Below are positions 18,427-28,172 of a DNA stretch of 64,000 nt, one piece after another. Each line of letters starts with the position of its first letter. Within the stretch, counting starts at the first letter, position 1. Origin of the DNA: a virus. A program made the position numbers and the translations under genes. The stretch is taken from IMG/VR virus record IMGVR_UViG_3300025322_000015, positions 8,666 to 72,665 of that record; one strand, 5' to 3'. The notes beneath the pieces were generated by a model that was given only the letters and a program-made list of their open reading frames with translations, was not told where the DNA came from and ran no database searches.

Positions 18427-19923
18427 TTACTCTTCTGAGATTCGAGTTCTCCTTCTTGCAGGTTTGTTCGACGATCCAGTATCCTCAGGATTGTTTTCTT
18501 CCGGAGGATTCAATATTGCTTCCGTCGCAGCTTGCGATGCTGCCATTGAGTTCTCGGCCATCATCGTCGGATCGATAACTCCGTCATATCTACTGACACC
18601 AAGGAGATCTCGAACATCATCGATAACAGGATCGTCTGGTGCGAGCACTGCTCCAGCTGTCGCCATATCGCGCAGAGCAGATGTCACCTGACCAACATCC
18701 TTGAACGATACATCTTCGGCAGAGAACCAGGGTTTGGACTCTTCTGGAAAACCATTTAGTGCCCAGGCGGCTTCGACCAAATCTGCATCATATGCTGCCG
18801 TGACGGTACTCAGAGTCGCATTCGCGATCAAATACAGGTTTCTGCTCTTATCTACTGCTAAGGCTCGGTTGCCTCCCTGATCACCCATCATCAGATGTTC
18901 CGTGCCGATGATACGCGCCATCTCTCTTTGCAGTCTATCGATCGCAGTAGACAGCTCAGGCAAACCATTCGCAGTACCCTGGAGCAGATCCATGCCATAC
19001 TGATAGACGGACGACACCTTAAAGCCATCAGCGGCTTCAGACTCATAAGGCATCGAGTCGAGAACGATACCTGTATTTGAATCCTTAACCTGCAACTCCA
19101 CAAACTGGGTCATCTGCGCAATCGAGGTATCCATCTGATCTTTGGTGATAGTACCAGCCTTAACCAGTTCTTGTAGTTTTGCTATCGGCATCCGACCAAT
19201 TGGAATACCGCGGAGGTCTCTTTCAAACGTCCTGGCTTCCAATGCAAGGTACTGCTTCAACCTGTTATGCGGCTCAAGCAAGTTGCGGAAGATGCCGAAA
19301 CCTTCAGGTGAATCAGTAAACGTGTCGTCTACAAGGTAAACGAGTTTCGATCTCGGTATGCCCAGAAGGTTATTGCTCTGAGGTGACCGCTGCCATACAC
19401 CGAGAACACTACCCTTCTCAGACACCTCCCAGCGCTCAACTGTATGCTGCATTCTCGGCTCGAGACTCTCGAAGCCAATCTTGCCGTCCATTCTCTTCTT
19501 TGCAGTCCACTCCTGTATTCCAAAGCCATGGAACAGATATGTCGCTGCTCGCCGGACAGAGGATTGAAAAGGTGTTGACATGTCATGGATGATGTCCTCC
19601 ATGAACTCAGCATACATCTTATCGTCAGGTTTATCGCTTGCCGGCACCACAGTCCACTGCGGATGCGCAATCAGGTTTAGGAAGTATCTGACGCTCGCTG
19701 CGACAATCGAGATGTTCGACAGTATCTCAGAAGAGATTGTATAGCGCTCTCTGCCATACCACTGAGCGCTTTTATCTTTCCTCTGTACGAACCCACCAAA
19801 GATGGCAGTACCTGATCCGCCCATCTCTTTGAACGGAGTAGCAGGAGGCACACCCCGACCTGGTGTATTAAATCCCCGGAAACGATTCAACGTCTCCTTA
19901 TTCAATCGTACGCGCTCAACCAT
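18427..19923 (-). CDS. portal protein (DUF935/Mu gp29-like)
   Basis: 498 aa directly after TerL; YLFHGF..QEW, PEGFGIFR, RDLRGIP, DDVRDLLG. Confidence 0.8.
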   Translation of the reverse strand: MVERVRLNKETLNRFRGFNTPGRGVPPATPFKEMGGSGTAIFGGFVQRKDKSAQWYGRERYTISSEILSNISIVAASVRYFLNLIAHPQWTVVPASDKPDDKMYAEFMEDIIHDMSTPFQSSVRRAATYLFHGFGIQEWTAKKRMDGKIGFESLEPRMQHTVERWEVSEKGSVLGVWQRSPQSNNLLGIPRSKLVYLVDDTFTDSPEGFGIFRNLLEPHNRLKQYLALEARTFERDLRGIPIGRMPIAKLQELVKAGTITKDQMDTSIAQMTQFVELQVKDSNTGIVLDSMPYESEAADGFKVSSVYQYGMDLLQGTANGLPELSTAIDRLQREMARIIGTEHLMMGDQGGNRALAVDKSRNLYLIANATLSTVTAAYDADLVEAAWALNGFPEESKPWFSAEDVSFKDVGQVTSALRDMATAGAVLAPDDPVIDDVRDLLGVSRYDGVIDPTMMAENSMAASQAATEAILNPPEENNPEDTGSSNKPARRRTRISEE

Positions 19924-19946
19924 CGATTCGATACTCCTTACTTCTT

Positions 19947-21752
19947 TTATCGGTTTCTAACTATCACCATACCAAGGCTGGCGATCATTCTATCTCTCTT
20001 CTTCGCTGGCCAAAACGCCATCATGCACGAATCACCTAAGTTCGGCGATTTCGAATTCTCTGGTGTCTTCTTAACCATCATCTTCAAGGTGCCGCTCTTG
20101 GCGAATATCGGCTGGCTCAACTCTTTCATTAACTTCTGAAGTAGTTTAGCTGGCAAGGTCGAAGGCAGCGATATCAACATATCAGGAGTCCATACGAAAC
20201 CTTCTTCATATATCGCCTTATACGTGTTCTCGAATCTTCTTGCGAGCTCCCACCAAGCCTGTGCTTTGATGTTCTGAAAGAAGTCTCTATTCTTAGGTGA
20301 CCGCTTATCTACGTCGTCTTTAACTACACGGTCTAGCGGATTGAGAACTGCTCCACCTGCTGCCCAAGGTGAGATGCTCCAATGCTTCGGTATCTTACCT
20401 TTTTCGTTTAGGCGATTGGTTTCAGCTTTCACACCAGCACCAACCCCAATGCAGTCATACTCGAACTCGAGGAAATCTTCTTCCGGGACAATCGTCTTGC
20501 AATTCGATACACTACGTCTTGCAGTCAATCCTGTATCCCGATCTCCCCACTCATCTATGAATCGGACGACAGAACCTTTCCGAATGGTTTGAGCGTTCTC
20601 ATCCTGCCCCTCGTCACCAACGTCAAGTCCTGATGCCCAACCGCCGCTGTCATCAAAGCCGAGTCGAAGGTGCGCGTCAAGTGCTGCCTTAACATGATCT
20701 GGTGAGATAATGACACCTTCGACAGATGCGGCGGAATCTCTATCAACCTCTCTTGCGAATACGTGACTGAGACCATCTGACTTGGCTTTGGCTTTTCTCT
20801 GCTGATACCACTCTTTAGTCTTTTCAGGATGATGCGACCAATCCATGACAAAGACGTTCGTCTTGCCATTCTGAATCTGATCACCTGGTGCCCATTCAAT
20901 TCCGGTATCTCGCTTGCGGTAGAAGATTGTAGTCGTGTCGCCAACTGAGGAGATATCAATCTGGCAACGCGTATTATCCATAAGCGCCGCTTCGATTGAT
21001 TCCGCTTTATCGTAATGGGCTGACTCATCCTTAAAATAACAAAGGGTTCTGCCACCACGTCCGATCTGATCGCCAATTTCCCCGATAATACTTGATCCAT
21101 TAGCAGGGTTTGTAATCCGCATGAAGTGGGCATTGCCATCGAACGTAAATCCCTTGGGTAACAAGAATGGTGGGAACAATCTTAAGATCATTCTCATCTT
21201 CTCAAAGATGCTACTCGGATCACCTATCCGATCTACTAGCTCCTGTTTCCTACTGCCCCAGCCTATTGCCGAACCATCCTTAAATAACCACAACCATATG
21301 CTTATCGCGCAGCAAGCCCAAGTAGCGCCCATATCACGGCTTTTCTCTACTAAGCCGTCTGCCTCTTTATTTATGCACGCAAGTATGAACTGTACAAACT
21401 CATCTTGCCTGGTGAACATAATGAATGGCATCTTAGCAGTCTTACCCTGCGATATCATTCTGGGGTCGTATGTAGTACACCAGTCATTAATAAAGTCTAT
21501 CGCACCAGTCTTATTATTCTTGTAGTGATCTAATGCAGCTTCAGCCAACTCAGGATCTAATGCAAATCTTTCTAACTGCTGTTGTCTCCATGCCTTGATC
21601 AAATCATAGTTAGGTGGCCATTCATTCAGCTGTAAGGTCGAGGGTGCGGGAATAGTTTTTAACTGGCTTCTTATCTTTGTTATTCTCACCTTCTCGGCTA
21701 TCTCCTCTTCCGAGGAGTTTACCGAATACCTTTTCAAAGGTTGCGAGTTCAT
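19947..21752 (-). CDS. terL: terminase large subunit
   Basis: EKSRDMGATW (Walker A), YFKDESA (Walker B), GLDVGDEGQD (RNase H-like nuclease), SPNLGDS. Confidence 0.92.
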   Translation of the reverse strand: MNSQPLKRYSVNSSEEEIAEKVRITKIRSQLKTIPAPSTLQLNEWPPNYDLIKAWRQQQLERFALDPELAEAALDHYKNNKTGAIDFINDWCTTYDPRMISQGKTAKMPFIMFTRQDEFVQFILACINKEADGLVEKSRDMGATWACCAISIWLWLFKDGSAIGWGSRKQELVDRIGDPSSIFEKMRMILRLFPPFLLPKGFTFDGNAHFMRITNPANGSSIIGEIGDQIGRGGRTLCYFKDESAHYDKAESIEAALMDNTRCQIDISSVGDTTTIFYRKRDTGIEWAPGDQIQNGKTNVFVMDWSHHPEKTKEWYQQRKAKAKSDGLSHVFAREVDRDSAASVEGVIISPDHVKAALDAHLRLGFDDSGGWASGLDVGDEGQDENAQTIRKGSVVRFIDEWGDRDTGLTARRSVSNCKTIVPEEDFLEFEYDCIGVGAGVKAETNRLNEKGKIPKHWSISPWAAGGAVLNPLDRVVKDDVDKRSPKNRDFFQNIKAQAWWELARRFENTYKAIYEEGFVWTPDMLISLPSTLPAKLLQKLMKELSQPIFAKSGTLKMMVKKTPENSKSPNLGDSCMMAFWPAKKRDRMIASLGMVIVRNR

Positions 21753-22083
21753 CTGGACTTAAACTTTCTAAGGCTTCTGCGTTAAACACCATCTGCTGAG
21801 TAGGTACCGGATCGACATCTTCTTTCACAGCTAACGAACCCAACTTCGGTACAAAGTATTGTGCGCACGCCTTTGCACAATCTATACGCTCTTCCATAGT
21901 AGGGCGATGATTATCTATCATCTCTCCCCTACTTATCCTCAATAGAAACAAGTGCGGCATCTCACCTGTTTGAAAAGCGTATTCACGTGCTGCCTTAGCA
22001 GTCCATACAATAGGAACCGTAACCGGTACCTCTGTCACCTTAGGTGTTTTTGGCCTATCATTCAACCTTACTCGCTCAACCAT
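21622..22083 (-). CDS. terS: terminase small subunit (probable)
   Basis: Immediately upstream of TerL; RIDCAKACAQYFVPKL motif. Confidence 0.65.
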   Translation of the reverse strand: MVERVRLNDRPKTPKVTEVPVTVPIVWTAKAAREYAFQTGEMPHLFLLRISRGEMIDNHRPTMEERIDCAKACAQYFVPKLGSLAVKEDVDPVPTQQMVFNAEALESLSPDELATFEKVFGKLLGRGDSREGENNKDKKPVKNYSRTLDLTAE

Positions 22084-22213
22084 GGTCCTTCTTTCTATTA
22101 CTTGCTTTCTTTAACTCAACCCGTTATCTTCCGTCGTGTACTTTCTTGCTCATACAAATAATCGTCTAGGTTATACTTGTATGGTTCGTAACATCTTGTG
22201 TTCAGGAAAACCT

Positions 22214-22795
22214 TTACTTCAAATAAAGCATTGCCTTCTTAATATACTCTGCTCTATCTTCTGGGGTCGTATTCGGTAACAACCAATACTGGATATTAAA
22301 CTGATGTAATAGGCCGAGCATCAAGGTCGAGCAGGCTACCCTGTACGCCTTATTACTCTGCCTAAATCCATCCTCATTTGCCTTTTCCCAATCATACATC
22401 GGGAAGAAGAAGATTAGGTTATATCGCTGCGTATACAGGCGTACTAGGTTTTCTACATTCTCATAATCATCATCGCTGATATGCGATCCACAACGATAAA
22501 GACAATAAGCCATATGATCAATTGGTGTCCGATCGAAGATGCCTGTACTGCATGCTGCATCTTGTGCGCACTTCTCTGCTAAGATTTCTCTCTGCAGATA
22601 CCATTGATGTTCTGCTGACATGTTTAATTGGGTGGATTCATCAGGAACATCCAACCTCTTATATACTTCTCTAACTATCGAGGGTCGGAAGGTTTCTTTG
22701 ATCTCCTCATCTTTTGCCATCAGGTTTGCTACCGATGTCTTTCCTGTTCCGCCGGCACCAACAAAACCTACCTTGAGTAATCTACGCTCTTTCAT
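22214..22795 (-). CDS. P-loop nucleotide kinase (NadR/AAA_28-like)
   Basis: GAGGTGKT, FDRTPID. Confidence 0.75.
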   Translation of the reverse strand: MKERRLLKVGFVGAGGTGKTSVANLMAKDEEIKETFRPSIVREVYKRLDVPDESTQLNMSAEHQWYLQREILAEKCAQDAACSTGIFDRTPIDHMAYCLYRCGSHISDDDYENVENLVRLYTQRYNLIFFFPMYDWEKANEDGFRQSNKAYRVACSTLMLGLLHQFNIQYWLLPNTTPEDRAEYIKKAMLYLK

Positions 22796-22796
22796 C

Positions 22797-23282
22797 TTAT
22801 TCTGCCTCTCTTATCAACCTGGCTTGTTGCGGTCCCGGATCCTGATTCTGGTATCGACCCTCGTAAACCTGATCGGTGGCTTGTACGAGCATATGAAATA
22901 CAATCTGCGCGATAGGAGTGCCGCGCCGGATCATTATCACTTGGTCGCTACAGTTGCTCAGCTCTAGCGTCAAATATCCTGACCAGCCTGGTTCGATAAC
23001 TGTATTCTGAACGACGAGGCCTTGTCTTGCCCATGTCGACTTGTCATGTACTATCGCCATGAGATCATTCGGCATCGTAAATCTTTCGATTGTCGATGCG
23101 AGTTGGAAGGATCCACGATAAGATGTTGGGCTTACCGTAACATCTTGATCGATTCTGACGTCGTATCCAGCTGGGGACAATCCGTACGTCAACCCTTCTG
23201 CTGTAGAACGCTCGCTGAACGGCGATATCAGCGGTGGGTTAGATAAACACCGTACACGGATATGCTGCGCAGGTAAAATCAT
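22797..23282 (-). CDS. dcd: dCTP deaminase (trimeric dUTPase superfamily)
   Basis: GLSPAGYDVR, HDKSTWARQGL, NTVIEPGWSGYLTLE. Confidence 0.85.
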   Translation of the reverse strand: MILPAQHIRVRCLSNPPLISPFSERSTAEGLTYGLSPAGYDVRIDQDVTVSPTSYRGSFQLASTIERFTMPNDLMAIVHDKSTWARQGLVVQNTVIEPGWSGYLTLELSNCSDQVIMIRRGTPIAQIVFHMLVQATDQVYEGRYQNQDPGPQQARLIREAE

Positions 23283-23293
23283 CTGCTATTCCT

Positions 23294-24199
23294 TTAGTTG
23301 GTAGTTAAACCACCATTGCCATTAACTACTGGAGCCTGTGTGTATTCGTGTAGTGCCTCAGTTGGATACAACTTCCGATGCTGTATCCAACCATGAAAGT
23401 TACCCCACAAATGTCGTCCCTGCTCGAACGGATCAGGAGTTGCTTGATGTTCCATTGGTGAGGCGTGCAACGGATCACCTGTTGTCAAGCGCAATCCTAA
23501 TTTGTAGTCATCTTCGCATGACCGCCTACTGTGATTGAATAGGGTGTAGGATACTCGGGCGCATCGCGCAGTCGAGATTAGCCTGAGTTTCATACTGAGT
23601 TGTTTGATATCGGTCAATACAAATTCATCGGAGTAATCGTCAGATACAATAAACGGAAGGTGCCAACCGTCAATGCCTATGCGTCTCGGTCTGCTCAAAT
23701 TGTACCAATGCAACATCTTCTCAGCGAGATCTTTGAACTCTGGTTGAGCATCCTTGTGCGCTCTTAAGTGAAAGAAGTTTGCCCACTGCGTTGATGTTAC
23801 AAGAACAGTGATGTGGGCATGCGATTCGAGTAGGCGGTTGGCGAGCTGTTTGTGCAGCCCCAGCTTGTTTAACAGATAGACGCACGCGAGGCTGTACCAG
23901 CGATGTATAAACCACACGAACTTGACAGCGCGAAGACGCCAACCTGTGACTTGCGTGTAGGCCTGCATACCCGTCTGATGCTTGCCCCAGAAGACTGGAA
24001 GAGCGGGAGTCTCGACAATCGACTCCAACATCTTCTTGATCGGGATCGCTCGACTTGATGCGCTATTCCTCGAGAACACTCGATGAGTCATCAGCTCAGC
24101 GTGAATGAATCTCGGGTACGTCAACAGGAAAGTAGTAATCCGAACATCTGCTTCGGATATGCTGTCGGCGATTATCTCAGCTTGTATCATCTCTACCAC
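23294..24199 (-). CDS. thyX: FAD-dependent thymidylate synthase
   Basis: IHAELMTHRVFSRNSASSRAIP; HASPMEHQA. Confidence 0.92.
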   Translation of the reverse strand: MVEMIQAEIIADSISEADVRITTFLLTYPRFIHAELMTHRVFSRNSASSRAIPIKKMLESIVETPALPVFWGKHQTGMQAYTQVTGWRLRAVKFVWFIHRWYSLACVYLLNKLGLHKQLANRLLESHAHITVLVTSTQWANFFHLRAHKDAQPEFKDLAEKMLHWYNLSRPRRIGIDGWHLPFIVSDDYSDEFVLTDIKQLSMKLRLISTARCARVSYTLFNHSRRSCEDDYKLGLRLTTGDPLHASPMEHQATPDPFEQGRHLWGNFHGWIQHRKLYPTEALHEYTQAPVVNGNGGLTTN

Positions 24200-24765
24200 C
24201 CAAACAAGAATGTTCTATTGCTTACTGCGATCTGTTTCATATCCAAATGAAGTAGATGTGTACTTGCATACCGATGCGGATCCATATCTTCATTGAGAAG
24301 AACAATCGGCTTGCACTTCTTTATCGTCTCTGTTGCCCCCTTGACGACTCTGTATTCGTTACCGTTGGTGTTTATCTTGATAAAATTAACATCAGGAAGT
24401 CTCAAAGTATCAATTGTTGTAATATCAACAACTTCTTGCATTCCTACAGCGCTGGGACCTGTACGCCAACCACGAGCTGGGAACAGAAGATCTTTGCAAT
24501 GCATAACTGCTTTGCCCGCTCTGGAACCTAAAGCCTCTTGTCGAACAGTCACGTTAACAAGATGGGCTTCCTTGATTCGCTGTTCGAGTTTCTTGAAGTT
24601 GCTACCAATCGGTTCGAAAGCCATCACAAACTCGAAGCGTCTTGACAGATGTGTCGTGCATTCCCCGACATAGGCACCAACGTCAATTGCCGTCTTCTTT
24701 GCACTACAGGCATCAACACCTGATAGCAGAAAATCTATCGCATCTGGAACATCGATTATTGCCAT
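24193..24765 (-). CDS. FkbM-family methyltransferase
   Basis: IDVGAYVG, MAFEP, FIKINTNGNE (degenerate KIDxEG). Confidence 0.8.
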   Translation of the reverse strand: MAIIDVPDAIDFLLSGVDACSAKKTAIDVGAYVGECTTHLSRRFEFVMAFEPIGSNFKKLEQRIKEAHLVNVTVRQEALGSRAGKAVMHCKDLLFPARGWRTGPSAVGMQEVVDITTIDTLRLPDVNFIKINTNGNEYRVVKGATETIKKCKPIVLLNEDMDPHRYASTHLLHLDMKQIAVSNRTFLFGW

Positions 24766-24792
24766 TGCTTACTTCCTAGTCCCGATTAAAGT

Positions 24793-24957
24793 TTACGAGG
24801 TCGGCCAGGCTGCGAGAACAGTCTTCCGCTTGCGCCGCATGATGTTACGAATCAGAGCGGCCCGCGCTGTCCCTGTACTCTCGTTCGGAAGCAACCGAAC
24901 CAACTTCGTCGTGGCGCCCTGACGAATCAACGCGCGAATTGTATTGTTCAACAACAT
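24793..24957 (-). CDS. 54-aa basic hypothetical protein (not in ORF track)
   Basis: AGGAG 8 nt before ATG; MLLNNTIRALIRQG...RRKRKTVLAAWPTS. Confidence 0.6.
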   Translation of the reverse strand: MLLNNTIRALIRQGATTKLVRLLPNESTGTARAALIRNIMRRKRKTVLAAWPTS

Positions 24958-24999
24958 CTGCACTTCTCCTTTTCAGCTACTACTTCAGTACAACTACGA

Positions 25000-25365
25000 C
25001 TACTCCACCTCCCTAAACAACAAACAGATTTTAGAGGAAATCGTGGCCGAGGGAAACTCCACAACAATGGGCCAATACCAACGCATGGGCGGAGGCATGG
25101 GATTAGGTGTATTCGCATAAGGAATCAAAATCTGTCCAGGAATAGCTAGAGCCAACGCTACTCCCGCAGTCGGAGCTTGTGAATAGTTGCTTACCAAAAG
25201 TTCGCACTGCACGCCGTCATTCGATAACGCGTGAATACTTAGAAGCTCACAATCCTCCACCTCGAACGGCGCTCCAGTCTGCACACCTGATTGAGTAGGA
25301 TCAAGTTCCCACTCAACGGTAAACAACTTATTGCCCAACTCAAACTTTGTATAAGGAATTGTCAT
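25000..25365 (-). CDS. hypothetical protein
   Basis: GAGGAG upstream. Confidence 0.6.
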   Translation of the reverse strand: MTIPYTKFELGNKLFTVEWELDPTQSGVQTGAPFEVEDCELLSIHALSNDGVQCELLVSNYSQAPTAGVALALAIPGQILIPYANTPNPMPPPMRWYWPIVVEFPSATISSKICLLFREVE

Positions 25366-25383
25366 ACGTCGTTCTCCTCGTCT

Positions 25384-26043
25384 TTACCAAGCGAATAGGT
25401 AATCATGTTTTCTACTACGCCAAACATTACGCATACCTAAGTCCAACAGTAGTTTAGTAGCGCGCTTCTTCGGGTCTAATTTCTCCTCAATAATTACTAC
25501 GGGTTTAAACTTCAATAAAGTAGAAGATGCTCCTTGCAGCACCCAGCATTCATGACCCTCAACATCAAGTTTTAGCAAATCCAAAGCTTGAACACCGTAA
25601 CTATCTAGAGATCGAGTTAGGGTAGGAAGTGTATTAATAACTTGATGTCGACCATACGTATCAAATCTATGGCCGTATTCCTTACCGATATCTAAAAGAA
25701 CTCCGGTACCTGAGGTCTCACTAAGGGCTGTTGTTTCAATCTCCCAAGAGTGTCGCTTCGGTCGTTGAATAAACTCCATATTCTTTTTGTAACAACTAAC
25801 ATTCTGCTCAATCGGTTCAAAAGCCAGAACATGTTTAAAATGCTGAATCAAATGCATCGACCAAGTTCCAACGTAAGCCCCGCCATCAATAGCAAAACTC
25901 CGCCGAGACGGATCCAGAAACGCTAGGCACGCCTTAACTTCAGGTTCACAATACGAGGGCAAACCTCTTTTCGTGATACCCTTAAAAAAGGAGTTACCGT
26001 AGATTTCCCCAGGAACCCAAAAACCGGAAGGCAACTGTTTCAT
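25384..26043 (-). CDS. FkbM-family methyltransferase
   Basis: IDGGAYVG, LAFEP, LLKLDVEGHE. Confidence 0.88.
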   Translation of the reverse strand: MKQLPSGFWVPGEIYGNSFFKGITKRGLPSYCEPEVKACLAFLDPSRRSFAIDGGAYVGTWSMHLIQHFKHVLAFEPIEQNVSCYKKNMEFIQRPKRHSWEIETTALSETSGTGVLLDIGKEYGHRFDTYGRHQVINTLPTLTRSLDSYGVQALDLLKLDVEGHECWVLQGASSTLLKFKPVVIIEEKLDPKKRATKLLLDLGMRNVWRSRKHDYLFAW

Positions 26044-26049
26044 GATGTA

Positions 26050-26580
26050 CTACACCTTCCTAAGCCACAACCTTAGACTCTTCTTACCTATATTTTGTCT
26101 TACAACACTCCATGGTAATCTATTGATTTCACGCACCCACCACTCACCTGATTTTAGTGTGATGTGTGCGTTTCTCCCATCAGGTAGATTTCGTTTAGCT
26201 TTCGTGAGAGCTATGCAGAAATACGCGCCCACCTGAGTGAGTTCACAAATCTTGGCTAAGGTAGCAGGTACAAACTGCTCTTCGACGTGTTCCATCACAT
26301 CGGTGCAAACCACAAATTGCATAGCAGTAGGAAGATCTGCATACTCAATAATTCCTGGGTCGTACCCAACAACGTCAATCTCTGGATAAAGTTCAGCGAG
26401 ATGTTGTTTTATTGTACCGCGCCCACATCCGTAATCGAGAATGTTAGTACACCCTAATTTACGACAATACGGCAAGAACTCCTCGATGTATCGATAGCCT
26501 TTAGTTCCCCAAGGAGCAGCATCATGCATATCCTCACAGAGTTTCCGATACTCATTTGAAATCAGTTGCATCATACCCAC
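26050..26580 (-). CDS. class I SAM methyltransferase, paralog of 7688-8227
   Basis: ILDYGCGRG, VVCTDVMEHV, NAHITL...WW. Confidence 0.85.
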   Translation of the reverse strand: MGMMQLISNEYRKLCEDMHDAAPWGTKGYRYIEEFLPYCRKLGCTNILDYGCGRGTIKQHLAELYPEIDVVGYDPGIIEYADLPTAMQFVVCTDVMEHVEEQFVPATLAKICELTQVGAYFCIALTKAKRNLPDGRNAHITLKSGEWWVREINRLPWSVVRQNIGKKSLRLWLRKV

Positions 26581-26581
26581 C

Positions 26582-27223
26582 CTATCGAACGAAAATGAAT
26601 CGTGAACACTTCTCCGAAAACGATGGAAGCTCCTGGTCTACAAGGAATCCGGCCTCCAGCATCTTTTCTTTTCCATTCGTATTCCTGCGGATATCAAGAA
26701 TAACGCTGCCGGTTGTACTCAGGATTGCCTTTGCCTGTTCCACATACATCTCAACAGGGAAGTGATGTCCCCATGCCCGAGTTGAGATGATCAGATCAAC
26801 CTTGATGTCCGTTGGAAAAGAAGTGTGCGCAAATGATTGAACACCACCCTGAACATTTGGAACGTTTGCAGCGACGACACCATGCCCGATCTCAACGTTG
26901 TACCAAGGTCTCGACTTGGGATCGAATGAGTGACTTTGCTTACCAGTACCGTCACCGTCGAGAAGGTGTATTGTGTGTACACCGCCAAACCTTGCAAGTA
27001 GCACATCAATAACAGCGAAGCCGCAGCCAACATCGAGCACGGATGTTGGTCTGAAATACTCGAAATACTCCTTCATTGACGCGTATCGAACGCTAATCCG
27101 ATCAACGTGGTCAACAAGGTAGTTGGTGATCGACTGCGCAGTCCTGCCGAGTCCGCAGTAGGCATAGACGTTAGGCGGGAAGATAATCGTTCCGGAATCT
27201 TTTGAGTGGACAGTGATTTCCAT
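26582..27223 (-). CDS. class I SAM methyltransferase
   Basis: VLDVGCG, DLIISTRAWGHH. Confidence 0.8.
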   Translation of the reverse strand: MEITVHSKDSGTIIFPPNVYAYCGLGRTAQSITNYLVDHVDRISVRYASMKEYFEYFRPTSVLDVGCGFAVIDVLLARFGGVHTIHLLDGDGTGKQSHSFDPKSRPWYNVEIGHGVVAANVPNVQGGVQSFAHTSFPTDIKVDLIISTRAWGHHFPVEMYVEQAKAILSTTGSVILDIRRNTNGKEKMLEAGFLVDQELPSFSEKCSRFIFVR

Positions 27224-27244
27224 CGTACTTTCTCAGGATTACTG

Positions 27245-27343
27245 TTAGAAAATCAGCAGGCCTAGGACGAACCCAATACCGAGCAGCACGATCGCGTAAA
27301 AGATAACAACCGTGCCGATGCCGTCGAACATCCCGCCAGTCAT
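27245..27343 (-). CDS. 32-aa single-TM peptide, holin candidate (not in ORF track)
   Basis: ATGA overlap with the endolysin stop; MTGGMFDGIGTVVIFYAIVLLGIGFVLGLLIF. Confidence 0.5.
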   Translation of the reverse strand: MTGGMFDGIGTVVIFYAIVLLGIGFVLGLLIF

Positions 27344-28140
27344 AGATTTGCCGCCTGTATGTGCATCCAGTCATAATTGCGTTCGCGTCCGAGCGAGATC
27401 CAACCTTCCTCTTCCCACATCTCCCACCACTTCATAGCAGATGGCTTCGCGAGGTTCGCGCGATCGCGTCCCCAACGCAACTGGTTCCTTTCGGGATCAA
27501 AATCAATCGCAATTCCGTAGTTATGCGTCGAAGGAGATGATTTGCTACCCCGCTTAAACCTTGGTGGATTTGCAATGCAGCCTCCGAACAGATCAAGCCC
27601 GAGTCGTTTCAAGGCTGGCAAGCCGTAGTGCGCAAGTGCCTTTGTAAGAACACGATGAGCTGAGTCTGCACATTTCCCGTGGATCGTGATTTTAGTGACC
27701 ACCTCATCGAGATCCCAGGCGATCTTCATCGGGTAGGGCAGGTCCATCATAATGAGTCCGGTTCCTGCTTTCCCGTAGAACTTCTCGACATCTTTCTCGC
27801 GAGGCCAGGAACTCATGCCGATCGCCTTGACGACCTTCTTTGAAACCTCGACATCGCGAATGAGATTCTGCCACTGCTCAAGCGCATTGCGCGTGCCTGG
27901 GCCGACGAGTCCGTCGATGGTTCCTGGGGCTGCTCCAGCGTCCTTGAACATCAGCTGTTGCACGGCGATAGATTTCCGCCCTTCCGACCATCCCTCCGTT
28001 TTTATTTTCCTCTTTATAAGAAATAAAGTTAACGTATCAGATGGTGAATCTACTCCGGGGACGGAAACAGAAACCCCTTGACCGAGAAGATAGCGATCAA
28101 TCTCTTTCTCACTAACGAGCATTACATCTTCCTTAGCCAT
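27340..28140 (-). CDS. endolysin: PG-binding domain + M15-family peptidase
   Basis: IDGLVGPGTRNALEQWQ; STHNYGIAID; DWMHIQ. Confidence 0.9.
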   Translation of the reverse strand: MAKEDVMLVSEKEIDRYLLGQGVSVSVPGVDSPSDTLTLFLIKRKIKTEGWSEGRKSIAVQQLMFKDAGAAPGTIDGLVGPGTRNALEQWQNLIRDVEVSKKVVKAIGMSSWPREKDVEKFYGKAGTGLIMMDLPYPMKIAWDLDEVVTKITIHGKCADSAHRVLTKALAHYGLPALKRLGLDLFGGCIANPPRFKRGSKSSPSTHNYGIAIDFDPERNQLRWGRDRANLAKPSAMKWWEMWEEEGWISLGRERNYDWMHIQAANL

Positions 28141-28172
28141 ACATCTTCTCCTATTGCTTTTCTTTCGTCGAG

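Noticed and set aside
6263-27223. The six methyltransferases as DNA methylases
   Set aside because: They lack DPPY/NPPY or PC catalytic motifs and match FkbM or small-molecule class I patterns
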